Source: Candidatus Latescibacterota bacterium (GTDB taxonomy: Bacteria > Latescibacterota > UBA2968 > UBA8231). From it: 64,000 bases of DNA. The first letter of the stretch is position 1; each line of letters opens with the position of its first letter. The stretch is taken from the NCBI GenBank assembly GCA_965248265.1, contig CBDFJF010000001.1, positions 1,216,001-1,280,000 of the forward strand. The letters run 5' to 3'. A program made the translations under genes and the position numbers. The notes below the pieces were generated by a model. The model had not been told where the DNA came from. It saw only the letters and a program-made list of their open reading frames with translations, and did no database searches. Shown here in pieces: positions 31,461 to 41,153 of the stretch.

Positions 31461-33167
31461 GTGAAACGCCTGACAATCCTCACTCAAGACTCAGTGCTCC
31501 ACTCCGTGCTTTGTTGTTTGCTGCTGTTCGCGCTGTCGACCGGCCCGGCAGCCTCCGAAGTCGACTCGCAGCGGCTCATCAACGCCGTCGAAGAACCTGA
31601 CAACTGGTTGACCTACGCCGGCACCTACAATGCCTGGCGCTACAGCGCTTTGGACCAGATCACGCGCAAGAACGTCGATGACCTGGCACCAGTCTGGGTT
31701 TTTCAGACAGGTACCGTCAAGGGTGGTTTCTCGGCAACTCCGTTGATCGCTGACGGCATCATGTATGTCGCGGCGCCGTGGAATCGCATCTTCGCACTGG
31801 ATGCGGTCACGGGCAAGGAGCTGTGGCATTACTACCATCCCAAGCCCACGGACTACGGCCTCATCTACCCGCCGACCAGTCGAGGCGTCGCCCTCAGCGA
31901 CGGACTGGTGTTTATCGGAACACTCGACAACCGCATCATCGCCCTCGACGCCGAGACCGGCGAGGTAGATTGGAACGTAGAGATCGAAAGCGTCGAGGAG
32001 TGCGGCTGCAACATCACCGGCGCTCCTCTCGTCGTCAAAGACAAGGTCATCGTCGGCGTCACCGGTGGCGATTCCGCCCATCGCGGCTACCTCAACGCCT
32101 TCGACACCAAAACGGGCAAACATGCCTGGCGCTTCTGGGCCATCCCGGGACCCGGAGAGAAAGGCAACGAAACCTGGTTGGGTGACAGCTGGAAATACGG
32201 CGGCGGCTCCACCTGGCTGACCGGGTCCTACGACCCCGAGCTCAATCTCCTGTATTGGGGCGTCGGCAATCCCGCGGCTGATTTCTACGGCGACGCGCGT
32301 GCTGGCGACAACCTGTACACCGACAGCATCGTCGCTCTGGATCTCGACAGCGGCGAGGTCCGTTGGCACAATCAGCTGATCCCCCATGACGTCTGGGATT
32401 GGGATACTACCTATGAGCAAATCCTCATCGACCTGCCGGTGGACGGCGAAATGCGCAAGCTCCTCATCCACCCGAGCAAGGGAGGCTTCACCTGGATCCT
32501 CGACCGCACCAACGGTGAATTCGTCGACGCCTGGCCACTCTCCGACAACATCAACTGGGTAAGCGGCATCGGCCCCAACGGCGAGCTGTTGGACCGCTTT
32601 GATCCGCCACTCGGCGAGCCCTGCCTGATCTGCCCGGCGATCGGCGGCGGGCGCAGCTGGAATCACGCCGCCTACAGTCCGCGCACCGGACTCCTCTACC
32701 AGACCGGTATCGAGTGGTGCCAGGAGCTGATCGTCGAGCAAGAGGACCCCAGACCCGGCGAGACGTTCTTTGGGGGTCTTTTCGAGCTCAAACCCACACC
32801 TTCTGGAGATCAGGGCAGCCACTTCGACGCCTACGACCCGGTTACCGGTGAGAAGAAATGGAGCTACAAATCCAAATACCCGCTATTGGCTTCTTCCCTG
32901 GCGACGGGAGGCGACCTCGTCTTCACCGGTGATCCAGAGGGTGATTTCATCGCCTTCGATGCCACCAACGGCGACAAGCTGTGGACCTTCAATACCGGCT
33001 CGGGACACAGAGGTTCGCCGGTAACCTATGCCGTCGATGGTACCCAGTACATCGCCGTGCCCTCCGGGTGGGGCTCTGCCGTTGCCGGCCTCCTGCCGCA
33101 GCTCTGGCCGGAAACCGAGGACTTCCCGGGCGGCGGCGCTCTCTTCGTCTTTGCTCTGAAGAAGTGA
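31461..33167 (+). CDS. Periplasmic PQQ-dependent dehydrogenase, methanol/ethanol family
   Basis: Signal peptide; RYSALDQI, ALDAVTGKELW repeats, TGSYDPELNLLYWGVGNP, HDVWDWD, GTQYIAV. Confidence 0.92.
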   Translation: MKRLTILTQDSVLHSVLCCLLLFALSTGPAASEVDSQRLINAVEEPDNWLTYAGTYNAWRYSALDQITRKNVDDLAPVWVFQTGTVKGGFSATPLIADGIMYVAAPWNRIFALDAVTGKELWHYYHPKPTDYGLIYPPTSRGVALSDGLVFIGTLDNRIIALDAETGEVDWNVEIESVEECGCNITGAPLVVKDKVIVGVTGGDSAHRGYLNAFDTKTGKHAWRFWAIPGPGEKGNETWLGDSWKYGGGSTWLTGSYDPELNLLYWGVGNPAADFYGDARAGDNLYTDSIVALDLDSGEVRWHNQLIPHDVWDWDTTYEQILIDLPVDGEMRKLLIHPSKGGFTWILDRTNGEFVDAWPLSDNINWVSGIGPNGELLDRFDPPLGEPCLICPAIGGGRSWNHAAYSPRTGLLYQTGIEWCQELIVEQEDPRPGETFFGGLFELKPTPSGDQGSHFDAYDPVTGEKKWSYKSKYPLLASSLATGGDLVFTGDPEGDFIAFDATNGDKLWTFNTGSGHRGSPVTYAVDGTQYIAVPSGWGSAVAGLLPQLWPETEDFPGGGALFVFALKK

Positions 33168-34057
33168 AAGCGGCATCGTTCCGGGGCATCCTGCTGACGG
33201 GTATCGCTCTGGTTCTGTGCGGTCCGCGTGAGGTTGGCGCCGGATCCGACACCGTCACCGAAGGCGCCATCCTGTTCGCCAAGAACTGCTCCGTCGGCTA
33301 TTGCCACGGTAAGGAGGGCCGCGCCGGACGGGGGCCGCGGCTGCGGGGTCGCACCTTCTCAAACCGTTATCTGTACAGAATAATAGAAGAGGGCATCCCG
33401 GCCTCTTCCATGGGGGGATGGAAGGAAGTGCTTACCGAGGCTCAGATTGGGGCACTGGTGGCCTACATCCGCAGCCTGGCGGAGCCGCAACCTGCGCCTG
33501 GTGTCATCTCCAGTATCGGATCTGCGGTCGCGCCAGCCCCAACGGCGGCGAAGTGGACACCGCAGACCCCGGCGTTGGCTGGAGATCCCATCCTCGGGCG
33601 AGAGTTGTTCTTCGAGTCGACGCAGAACTCCCACAACTGTGGCAGCTGTCACCAGGTCGATGGCAGGGGCGGCACCGTCGGACCCGATCTTACCTCCCTC
33701 TCCGCCAGGTCCGCAGCTTCGATTCTCCTGGATATCGTGTTCCCTGACGCCGTGCTGTTGGACCGGTGGAAGCTGATCGAGGTACAGACGGTAGACGGCG
33801 AGAAACTCGAAGCCCTGCACGTTGGAGACTCCACCAGGCGCGTGAAGCTGTATGACGTCTCCAGTTCACCGCCGGTCTTGAGAGCCATCAAGAAAGAAAA
33901 AATACAGAGTACCAAGCCGCTGCGGCGCTCAGCCATGCCCGCCGACTATGGCGAACGCTACACCCTCAGGCAACTGCTCGATCTCGTCTCCTATTTGAAG
34001 ACGGGGACCGGGGCGTCCGTTGCGGTGACGGTCGAAGAACTGCTGTTGCAACCCTGA
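33164..34057 (+). CDS. Di-domain c-type cytochrome with putative heme-binding domain
   Basis: Signal peptide; CSVGYCH..GP.L..M and CGSCH..VGPDL..SAMP; overlaps the dehydrogenase stop. Confidence 0.82.
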   Translation: MKAASFRGILLTGIALVLCGPREVGAGSDTVTEGAILFAKNCSVGYCHGKEGRAGRGPRLRGRTFSNRYLYRIIEEGIPASSMGGWKEVLTEAQIGALVAYIRSLAEPQPAPGVISSIGSAVAPAPTAAKWTPQTPALAGDPILGRELFFESTQNSHNCGSCHQVDGRGGTVGPDLTSLSARSAASILLDIVFPDAVLLDRWKLIEVQTVDGEKLEALHVGDSTRRVKLYDVSSSPPVLRAIKKEKIQSTKPLRRSAMPADYGERYTLRQLLDLVSYLKTGTGASVAVTVEELLLQP

Positions 34058-34162
34058 TCTCCAGTCGGCACATAGCCTGAGGGCTGACCTTGACCATCGG
34101 TGCGACAGCCCGGTCCTTATTGGGGCAGACCCCGCAGTAAACACGATGAAAGTGGTGACCCA

Positions 34163-35539
34163 ATGACCGACTCTATTGCTGAACGCGTCAGTACTGACAG
34201 GTATCTGGCATCGCTCGAAGAAGTGGTTGCCGAATACACCGCCCGCAACCCGCTCTCGCACCAGATGCATCAACGTGCCCGGCGCTCCCTTCCCGGAGGG
34301 AACACTCGATCGGGCGTCAACGTCGACCCGTTTCCCATCTACGCGGACAGCGGCGAAGGGGTCTACCTGCGCAACCTGGACGGTCACCGACTGCTGGATT
34401 TCGTCAACAACGCCACCTCGCTCATTCTGGGACATGCCGATCCGATGATTGTCGAAGCGCTACAGAATCAGGTAGCGCGCGGCACCGCCTTCTCGCGGCC
34501 GCTCGCCATCGAGGTCGAGATGGCGGAACTGCTGCGGCAGCGCATGCCGGTCCTGGAGCTCCTGCGTTTCTCGAGTTCGGGAACGGAGGCCGTGCTGAAT
34601 GCCCTGAGAGTTGCCAGGGCCTTCACCGGGAAAACGATGATCGCCAAGTTCGAGGGGGCCTATCACGGCATCGACGACCAGGTCATGGTCAGCTACACAC
34701 CGCAGCTCGGACCGGAACTCGGCCCTGCGCAGCGCCCCAACCCGGTAGTTTCGACGGAGGGCCTCGCCTCGGGAACGGCGGAGAGCGTCCTCGTCCTGCC
34801 TTTTAATGATGCAGACACCACCGAGAGTTTGATCGGCGAGTACGCAAGCGAGTTGGCAGCCGTCGTCATCGACCCGTTGTCCACGGCAGCGGGACTGACG
34901 CTACCCGATGCTGATTTTCTCTCGCGTCTCAGGCAGGTTACCGAGCGGCACGGCATTCTCCTCATCTTCGACGAGATCGTCAGCTTCCGGGTACACCCGG
35001 GTGGGGCTCACTCCATGCTGGACGTGCGCCCGGATCTGGTCACGCTGGGTAAAGTCATCGCCGGCGGCACCCCCGCAGCCGCCTTCGGAGGCCGCCAGGA
35101 TGTCATGAAGTTATTCGATCCAAGTGAAGGTGGAGCGCGGATCTGGCAGTCGGGGACCTTCAATGCCAATCCCCTCAGCCTGACGGCCGGCCTGCTGACA
35201 CTCGAACGCCTGACCCCGGCCGTCTACGACGAAATCGACGCCCGAACCAGTCGACTGGCGGACTCGTTGCAAAGCGTATTCGACGAGGTCGGGCTTGCTG
35301 CCTGCGTCTGCGCCATCGGCTCACTATTCCGTATTTACTTCCTCGAAAAGGTACCTCGAAACTATCGCGAGGCGGCTGCGGATGACCGCGGCATGCATCG
35401 ATGGCTGTTTCTCAGCCTCCTCAACCGCGATATCTACTGGCGCAACGGCGGCATCAACGCCCTGTCCGTGCCGACGACGGACGACCACGTCGATCATCTA
35501 ACAGCGACGGTGGGCGATATACTGACCGGAGTCCTGTAG
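34163..35539 (+). CDS. Class III aminotransferase (GSA-aminomutase-like)
   Basis: LPGGNTR, SGTEA, KFEGAYHG, LIFDEI, LGKVIAGG, SGTFNANP. Confidence 0.88.
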   Translation: MTDSIAERVSTDRYLASLEEVVAEYTARNPLSHQMHQRARRSLPGGNTRSGVNVDPFPIYADSGEGVYLRNLDGHRLLDFVNNATSLILGHADPMIVEALQNQVARGTAFSRPLAIEVEMAELLRQRMPVLELLRFSSSGTEAVLNALRVARAFTGKTMIAKFEGAYHGIDDQVMVSYTPQLGPELGPAQRPNPVVSTEGLASGTAESVLVLPFNDADTTESLIGEYASELAAVVIDPLSTAAGLTLPDADFLSRLRQVTERHGILLIFDEIVSFRVHPGGAHSMLDVRPDLVTLGKVIAGGTPAAAFGGRQDVMKLFDPSEGGARIWQSGTFNANPLSLTAGLLTLERLTPAVYDEIDARTSRLADSLQSVFDEVGLAACVCAIGSLFRIYFLEKVPRNYREAAADDRGMHRWLFLSLLNRDIYWRNGGINALSVPTTDDHVDHLTATVGDILTGVL

Positions 35540-35606
35540 GCCACGTTCGCCTGACAGCGACGGTGCGCAACATACTGACCTAGGCTTTGTAGACCCAGTC
35601 AGGAAG

Positions 35607-36800
35607 TTAGAACTGTGCGTCCATCTTGAGCGCGACCTTGAAGAATGGGCTGCCCTCTTCGTCCGCTCCTCCCAGGAGTTTGGCTCCAAGATCGATGCTG
35701 CGATTGTAGGCGTAGATTAGTTCGGTGGAGGACTGTATATAGGTACCCTTGAATCGGTAGTCGGTTTCATCCAGATCCGGGTCGAGTAGGTTCGAGTCGT
35801 AGACCTCGAAGAAGGTGTTCCATCTCAGCCCGTCCACCCACGACTCGCTCAGATCGTAGTTGCCCTGGACGTAGAATCCGCGTGTTTCGACACCGAGGTG
35901 ATCGTTGTCCATCAGTATAAACTCACCCAGCATGGTGAAGTCGTAGGTCATGCGATAGCGGTAAGAGAGCCCCCATGCCACGGTGGGTTCGGCGTCACGG
36001 CCGACGTCGTGAAGGTAAACGTTGCCCGCCAGATCGAACCTCGACCACCCTGTTCCTACCTTTAAAACAATATCCTTGAAATCGTTGACGTCCTTGTTCT
36101 TCAAGGTGCTGCCGCCTTGAAGTACACCGGTCTCATAGGCGAACCTGCCAGCGTTGCCGAACACGGTGAAACCAAGATCGGCTCGCCGCAGGGCCACACC
36201 CAGTGTTACAGGATCGGTCTTCAGGGCGCTCAGATTTCTGAACAGAGAAAAGTCGTCCCAGAATCCGAAGGGATTGCGAACTCTGCCGAGTTTAACACCG
36301 AGATTGTCCGACAGATAAAAATTGACCGCCGCTCGTTCGAAGTGCCCTTTCTCGCTTGCCTCGTCCAGCTCGTTGATGCTTTCGGTGACGATCCGATCGA
36401 TCTCGAGGATGCGTGCGTCCGCGTCTTCGTCGTCGGAGCCGATGCCCTCGAGGGACTCGGCGATGGTCAAGAACCCCCCGAGCAGATACAGGTCAGATGT
36501 AAGGGGCTGGTACTCGACAGTGAAATCCGCTTGAGGGCCGAGGTCACCTTCGAGGTTCAAGAAGATGTTGTTAAAATAGAACCTGCTGTGCTCCTCGAAG
36601 TTTTCACGGATTCTTCCTGTCAGACTGTGCAGATAGATGGTCTCGATTCGTCCCGAAATCAATAAATCGTCAGACGACTCCTCAGGTGCGTCGCTCGACT
36701 CTGCGCCAGCACCACTCTGGCCGTGAAGCTCGAGCGGACCCTGCACCAGTAAGGCGACTACCCAAGCGACGAAATACAGACTGAAGGATCTATTTTTCAT
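35607..36800 (-). CDS. Outer-membrane beta-barrel (porin-like) protein
   Basis: Signal peptide, alternating beta-strands, KLGRVRNPFG motif, C-terminal Phe (KMDAQF). Confidence 0.65.
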   Translation of the reverse strand: MKNRSFSLYFVAWVVALLVQGPLELHGQSGAGAESSDAPEESSDDLLISGRIETIYLHSLTGRIRENFEEHSRFYFNNIFLNLEGDLGPQADFTVEYQPLTSDLYLLGGFLTIAESLEGIGSDDEDADARILEIDRIVTESINELDEASEKGHFERAAVNFYLSDNLGVKLGRVRNPFGFWDDFSLFRNLSALKTDPVTLGVALRRADLGFTVFGNAGRFAYETGVLQGGSTLKNKDVNDFKDIVLKVGTGWSRFDLAGNVYLHDVGRDAEPTVAWGLSYRYRMTYDFTMLGEFILMDNDHLGVETRGFYVQGNYDLSESWVDGLRWNTFFEVYDSNLLDPDLDETDYRFKGTYIQSSTELIYAYNRSIDLGAKLLGGADEEGSPFFKVALKMDAQF

Positions 36801-37140
36801 GGAATTCCCCGTCTTTGTATCGCTTGAGTATGAGCTTTGCCGCAGCCACCCTATCCAATTTTATCTCTACGATTTTACCGATCTCCTCGGACAGCTCCTG
36901 CGGCTTGAGCACGACAGCAGTTCCCAGGGAGATGTAGTTGTCTTCGAGATAGATTTGTAGTTTCATCGTAAAGAAACGAGCCTTGCCTTCGTGTTCCTTC
37001 TCCACCAGGCTCAGGATATGAGTCAGGGATTTGACCGAATTGACCCTCTTGGTTTCTGGCAGCGCCTGTACCAGCGCCGGCAGCAGACAGAGGTTGAGTA
37101 GCGCCGCGAGCACTGCTATGCGGCCGCAAAACCTGATCAC
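36790..37140 (-). CDS. Small exported hypothetical protein
   Basis: Cleavable-type signal peptide (VQA); overlaps the start of the barrel gene. Confidence 0.6.
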   Translation of the reverse strand: MIRFCGRIAVLAALLNLCLLPALVQALPETKRVNSVKSLTHILSLVEKEHEGKARFFTMKLQIYLEDNYISLGTAVVLKPQELSEEIGKIVEIKLDRVAAAKLILKRYKDGEFHEK

Positions 37141-37242
37141 TTCACGACCCTCATGGTCTTGTCCTCTGGGATTGAATGGGCTACCCGGAGCGCAGAGGCC
37201 CGTGCTGAAAGTTAATCAATTTATCACCTCCGGAGACACACG

Positions 37243-38694
37243 ATGTCGTCGTTTCCATTGCATAACTGGATCGCACGTCGCATCAAAAACAAGATCCTGT
37301 TCTCGGTGCTGTTCGTATTCGTCGTCCTCTATGGCGCCACTCTCAGCGTTACCTATTCCAGCTCCAGAGCCGATTTGCTCAAAGCAGCCAAAGACGAGGC
37401 CCAGAGCACTGCCGAAACGCTGGCGCTGACCTTCTGGAGGAATTACGAGCTCGGAAACGACAGTGACATCAGGAACATCCAGAGCTATCTGTTCGGACTC
37501 GAACGCATCATAAACCGGCGCCGGTCCGAGACGTCTGGCAGCACCTCCGTTTTGCTCGAAGTCAACGTCATCGATCCCGGCCTGGTAATTCAGAACAGCA
37601 CCAGAGACGACAAGCTGTTCACCACGGTTGAGGGTGAAATCTACCGCAAGGCCGTCGCCAATACGCCGACAGCACAGCTGGTCATAGACGATGAAGAAGT
37701 GCCCTTCGTACATGTCGTGTACCCGGTGACCGGCGATGCTGGGAAAGAGGGAGTCGTCGCCACTGGAGCCGTCGAACTGAAGTTCAGTCTCGAACGGCAG
37801 TTTCATTCCCTTGCGCTCCTGCGAGTCAGGACGGCGCTTGCCGGCATCGTCATTCTGCTGGCCATCACCGTCGTCATCACCATCATATCCAATTCCATCA
37901 CCAAACCGATTCAGAATCTCTACGCCGGGATGAATGCGGTCGATGAGAAGGGAGATCTCGCAGTACAGGTCCCGGTCATCAGCGAGGACGAGGTGGGGTA
38001 CTTAACCTCTTCCTTCAACCAAATGATCGATTCCGTCCGTGTCTCCAACGACAAGCTGGTGGAAATGGTTACCTCATCACAGCGATTCGTACCTGCGCAG
38101 TTCTTGAGCGCCCTGGGGCGCGGCGACATCACCGACGTGAAACTCGGTGATGCCATTCTCAGAGACATGAGTGTCTTTTTCATGGATATCCGGGGCTTCA
38201 CCGACATGTCTCAAAGAATGACTGCCGAGGAAAACCTGACGTTTCTGAATTCCCTGCTCGAACGCATCCTCCCTTCGATCGAGGACAACCACGGATTCGT
38301 CGACAAGTACATGGGGGACTCGATCATGGCCTTGTTTGAAGACTCGGATGACGCCCTGCTCGCCGCCGTCGATCTGCGACGGGAGGTACTCGCCTTCAAC
38401 CAGACACGCACCGAAGGAGATGTCGACGTCGGCATCGGCATTAACTCGGGCGAGCTCATCCTGGGCACCATGGGCACTTCGGGCCGGATCGAGACGACCG
38501 TCATCGGCAGCACCGTCAATGTAGCATCGAGACTGGAGTCGCTGACCAAGGAGTTCCAGGTGCCCATCATCATCGCAGAGTCCGTGTATGAAACGCTGTC
38601 AGAGGAGACCCTTGCAGAGTTCGACACCCGGGAGCTGGGGCCGACCAAGATCCGGGGGATCGATCGTGAAATGAACTTGTTCGGAGTGACCTAA
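37243..38694 (+). CDS. Membrane class III adenylate cyclase (2TM-sensor-HAMP-cyclase)
   Basis: ITKPI..DEVGYL..FNQM HAMP; FMDIRGFT, DKYMGDSIMALF, TVIGSTVNVASRLE. Confidence 0.9.
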   Translation: MSSFPLHNWIARRIKNKILFSVLFVFVVLYGATLSVTYSSSRADLLKAAKDEAQSTAETLALTFWRNYELGNDSDIRNIQSYLFGLERIINRRRSETSGSTSVLLEVNVIDPGLVIQNSTRDDKLFTTVEGEIYRKAVANTPTAQLVIDDEEVPFVHVVYPVTGDAGKEGVVATGAVELKFSLERQFHSLALLRVRTALAGIVILLAITVVITIISNSITKPIQNLYAGMNAVDEKGDLAVQVPVISEDEVGYLTSSFNQMIDSVRVSNDKLVEMVTSSQRFVPAQFLSALGRGDITDVKLGDAILRDMSVFFMDIRGFTDMSQRMTAEENLTFLNSLLERILPSIEDNHGFVDKYMGDSIMALFEDSDDALLAAVDLRREVLAFNQTRTEGDVDVGIGINSGELILGTMGTSGRIETTVIGSTVNVASRLESLTKEFQVPIIIAESVYETLSEETLAEFDTRELGPTKIRGIDREMNLFGVT

Positions 38695-39776
38695 AAACGC
38701 ACCTGCGTCCACAGGTACAGCCGGTCGTCAGCAACGTTGTCGTCGGCATCACCCTCCTCCCAGCGAAACTCGTAGTTGAGCAGCACGCGAAAGGCGTCTT
38801 GCTGCTCGCCATAGTAAGCGCCCACGGTCCAGCGAGTATATTCGTCGAAGAATGCTTCGTAACGCAGCAACGGACCGAACGGTCGCGACGTCTTGCCGAT
38901 CGCCGTCAGGTAGTAGGCGTAGATCGTCTCCTCTTCGCCTAGCTCCTTCTGTGGCCCGATGGCGAACTCCCCATTGAGATCGACGCGTGAAGTTTCATAC
39001 AGAAAGTCGGTACCGACTCGTTTGAAATCGATGAAGTAGCCGGTGATTTCATCGGTGGAATCGGTCGCCGCGATGATCTCCTCAGGATCGTACTGTTCCC
39101 ACTGGTCACCCAGGCCGGCAGAGACTCCCCACATCCACCTGCGGTCGGCTCCCCTGGCGTTTCGCAAGCCGAAGCGGCCCCAGACATTCTTGGCCTTGTT
39201 GTTGTCATGCTGCGTATTCATGCCGGAACCGTTGACGACGGCAACGTCATAGCTGACTCGCGTGCCACCGCCGAATGACCCTCTGCCGCGCAGACTCACT
39301 CCGACATCCCGCAGGTTGACGCCGCGCGCCAGGTTGTCCGACAGCTCGGTTCGATTGACCATGTATAGTTTACTCGATGATACCTGATTCTCGTAACCGA
39401 AGATCGTCTTCTGCTGCCCGATGCGCAGCCTCATGTTGTTGTTGAGCTTGAGGTTGAAGTAGGCGTCGCGCATGAATCCGCCGATTTCAGGAGGGCGAGG
39501 ATCAATATCCATTTCGTAGGAGATGTACTCGTTGATGACGCCCTCCACCGAGAGGCGGGCTCGCTGAACCCTGGCTCGACCGGCGTCGGACTCGTTGTCC
39601 CCATTGGTGTCTACCGGCAGGTTGACGACCTGGACCTGCACATAGCCGTAGACCTTCGGTCCCTTGTTGAGTTCGGGATCGGACTTCAGAATTGAATCCT
39701 TTGCCGCGATGGCACTCTGACTGCATATCAGGAGTCCCACCGCTACCGAAATGATCGCTTTCGCTGTGATGCTCAT
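38691..39776 (-). CDS. OprO/OprP-like porin
   Basis: Signal peptide; GYVQ, RARL, RDAY, IGQQKTIFGYE, RDVG, NGSG..DNNKAK..GR, terminal QVRF. Confidence 0.78.
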   Translation of the reverse strand: MSITAKAIISVAVGLLICSQSAIAAKDSILKSDPELNKGPKVYGYVQVQVVNLPVDTNGDNESDAGRARVQRARLSVEGVINEYISYEMDIDPRPPEIGGFMRDAYFNLKLNNNMRLRIGQQKTIFGYENQVSSSKLYMVNRTELSDNLARGVNLRDVGVSLRGRGSFGGGTRVSYDVAVVNGSGMNTQHDNNKAKNVWGRFGLRNARGADRRWMWGVSAGLGDQWEQYDPEEIIAATDSTDEITGYFIDFKRVGTDFLYETSRVDLNGEFAIGPQKELGEEETIYAYYLTAIGKTSRPFGPLLRYEAFFDEYTRWTVGAYYGEQQDAFRVLLNYEFRWEEGDADDNVADDRLYLWTQVRF

Positions 39777-39856
39777 GACTGCAATTCCTCCCCTTTTTTC
39801 CTTGCGACCAGTATCCCGGTCGGCTTTATAGTGTGTTGTATCCTTTTCTCTTGTTG

Positions 39857-39872
39857 AGCAACGATTGTGCCT
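39857..39872 (-). promoter_or_regulatory. Sigma-54 (-24/-12) promoter of the porin gene
   Basis: Minus strand AGGCACA-ATCG-TTGCT, about 80 bp before ATG 39776, which has an AGGGGAGGA RBS. Confidence 0.75.
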
Positions 39873-39944
39873 GAACGACACCGAACGCTGCCAGGCGAGA
39901 TTAGCCTGAGTTGCGTTGAAGACTCTATCTACCGGTGGGCAAGC

Positions 39945-39989
39945 GCGCAGAAGTCAGCGCTCGAAATTCAGCAGTGCTGGAGTTTCAGC
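39945..39989. promoter_or_regulatory. Enhancer (UAS) triplet 1
   Basis: GCGCAGAAGTCAGC, GCTCGAAATTCAGC, 3 nt, GCTGGAGTTTCAGC. Confidence 0.7.
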
Positions 39990-40016
39990 AGGAAATCGTC
40001 AGAGGTAGGGCCGGTA

Positions 40017-41153
40017 TCAAAATCTGATCTCGGGACCGGCGAACACGATGTGATCGACGTAGTCGTTCGCGGCGAACGACGAGTCGTTCATACGGAACAG
40101 ATAGCGGAGCTTGAGATGCGTTGCATCCCGCCATTTGTATTTGAGGAAAACGGATGACAGAAACAGGAGATCGTCGCGGGCGTTCTGCAGAATGGTGATT
40201 TCCTCTTCGTCTTCCCACATCTTGGAGATGAGCTCCTCGTAGGCCGAAATCGTTACCTTGTCGCTGAGTCGGCGGGAGTAGAGCACCGTCGCCTTGTGTT
40301 TCTTGAGATCGAACTCCGCCTCACTGTCCTGCGAGTCCTCGTGCCCCTCGACGCCGCCAATCTGGTCCAGACTCATCGATGACGACGAATCGATCTGGTA
40401 CATGTAGGTGGCGCTCAGGGTCTGGCGGGAGGAAATCAACCAATCGAATCCGGTTCGAAGGGTGTGACGGGACCCTCCTTCAACGGCGGAGATATTCTGG
40501 AACTCCTGCGGATTGGCGGACCCTTCATAGAGTTGCAGATCGTACGAGTAATAGGAAGAGAAACTGAAGCTCCACGTCTTGTGTGCTTCGACAAAAGCCC
40601 CGTTGACATCGTAATCCAGAGAGCTCGATTGCGGATACCGGGTGAGGATGTTCTGATACCCGACGCTCAACTGCCATTGGGGCGACAGCGGTCTCTTGTA
40701 GGTCAAGATGCCGGTATGCCTGGTAAAGTCGAAGGTGTCTTTGTCGGGCACGGTGAAATGGCGCAATTCACTCGTCAGGTGCAGGCCGTTCTCTCCGAGC
40801 CGGCGCACCAGTGACAGCCGCGTTCGGTTGAAGAACCAGTTCTCTTCTTCATGTTCGCTGTGGAGGTTCGCATGTCCAGTGTAGGCCGCATCCAGCCACC
40901 AGTCGGGACCCCAAGACTTGGCCAGCTGCAGATTCGCCGTAGGCTCGCTGATGAACGCCTCCTTGGTTCCTGCCCCTGTCGTCTTGCCGTTGCTCAGATC
41001 CAGGTTGGTGTTGAACTTGGCGAAAACGGCGGCGTTGCCGCTGAATTTCCAGCTGTCCTCGGACGGACTGTCCGCGGATGCATCTTGAGCATGATTGCCC
41101 CCGGCTGCCGGGCCATAGATGCAGAGAATGAACAGGAGGAGAAGAGGGATCAT
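40017..41153 (-). CDS. Outer-membrane beta-barrel protein
   Basis: Signal peptide, aromatic alternating strands, terminal EIRF. Confidence 0.7.
   Translation of the reverse strand: MIPLLLLFILCIYGPAAGGNHAQDASADSPSEDSWKFSGNAAVFAKFNTNLDLSNGKTTGAGTKEAFISEPTANLQLAKSWGPDWWLDAAYTGHANLHSEHEEENWFFNRTRLSLVRRLGENGLHLTSELRHFTVPDKDTFDFTRHTGILTYKRPLSPQWQLSVGYQNILTRYPQSSSLDYDVNGAFVEAHKTWSFSFSSYYSYDLQLYEGSANPQEFQNISAVEGGSRHTLRTGFDWLISSRQTLSATYMYQIDSSSSMSLDQIGGVEGHEDSQDSEAEFDLKKHKATVLYSRRLSDKVTISAYEELISKMWEDEEEITILQNARDDLLFLSSVFLKYKWRDATHLKLRYLFRMNDSSFAANDYVDHIVFAGPEIRF

Noticed and set aside
31491-32822. 443-aa antisense ORF and similar long shadow ORFs (e.g. 16273-17247, 27451-28401, 28871-29605, 58276-59097)
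   Set aside because: They lie opposite or overlap well-supported genes in GC-rich DNA and have no motifs
34163-35539. Calling the gene hemL
   Set aside because: Family match only, with no heme-pathway context; such paralogs are common
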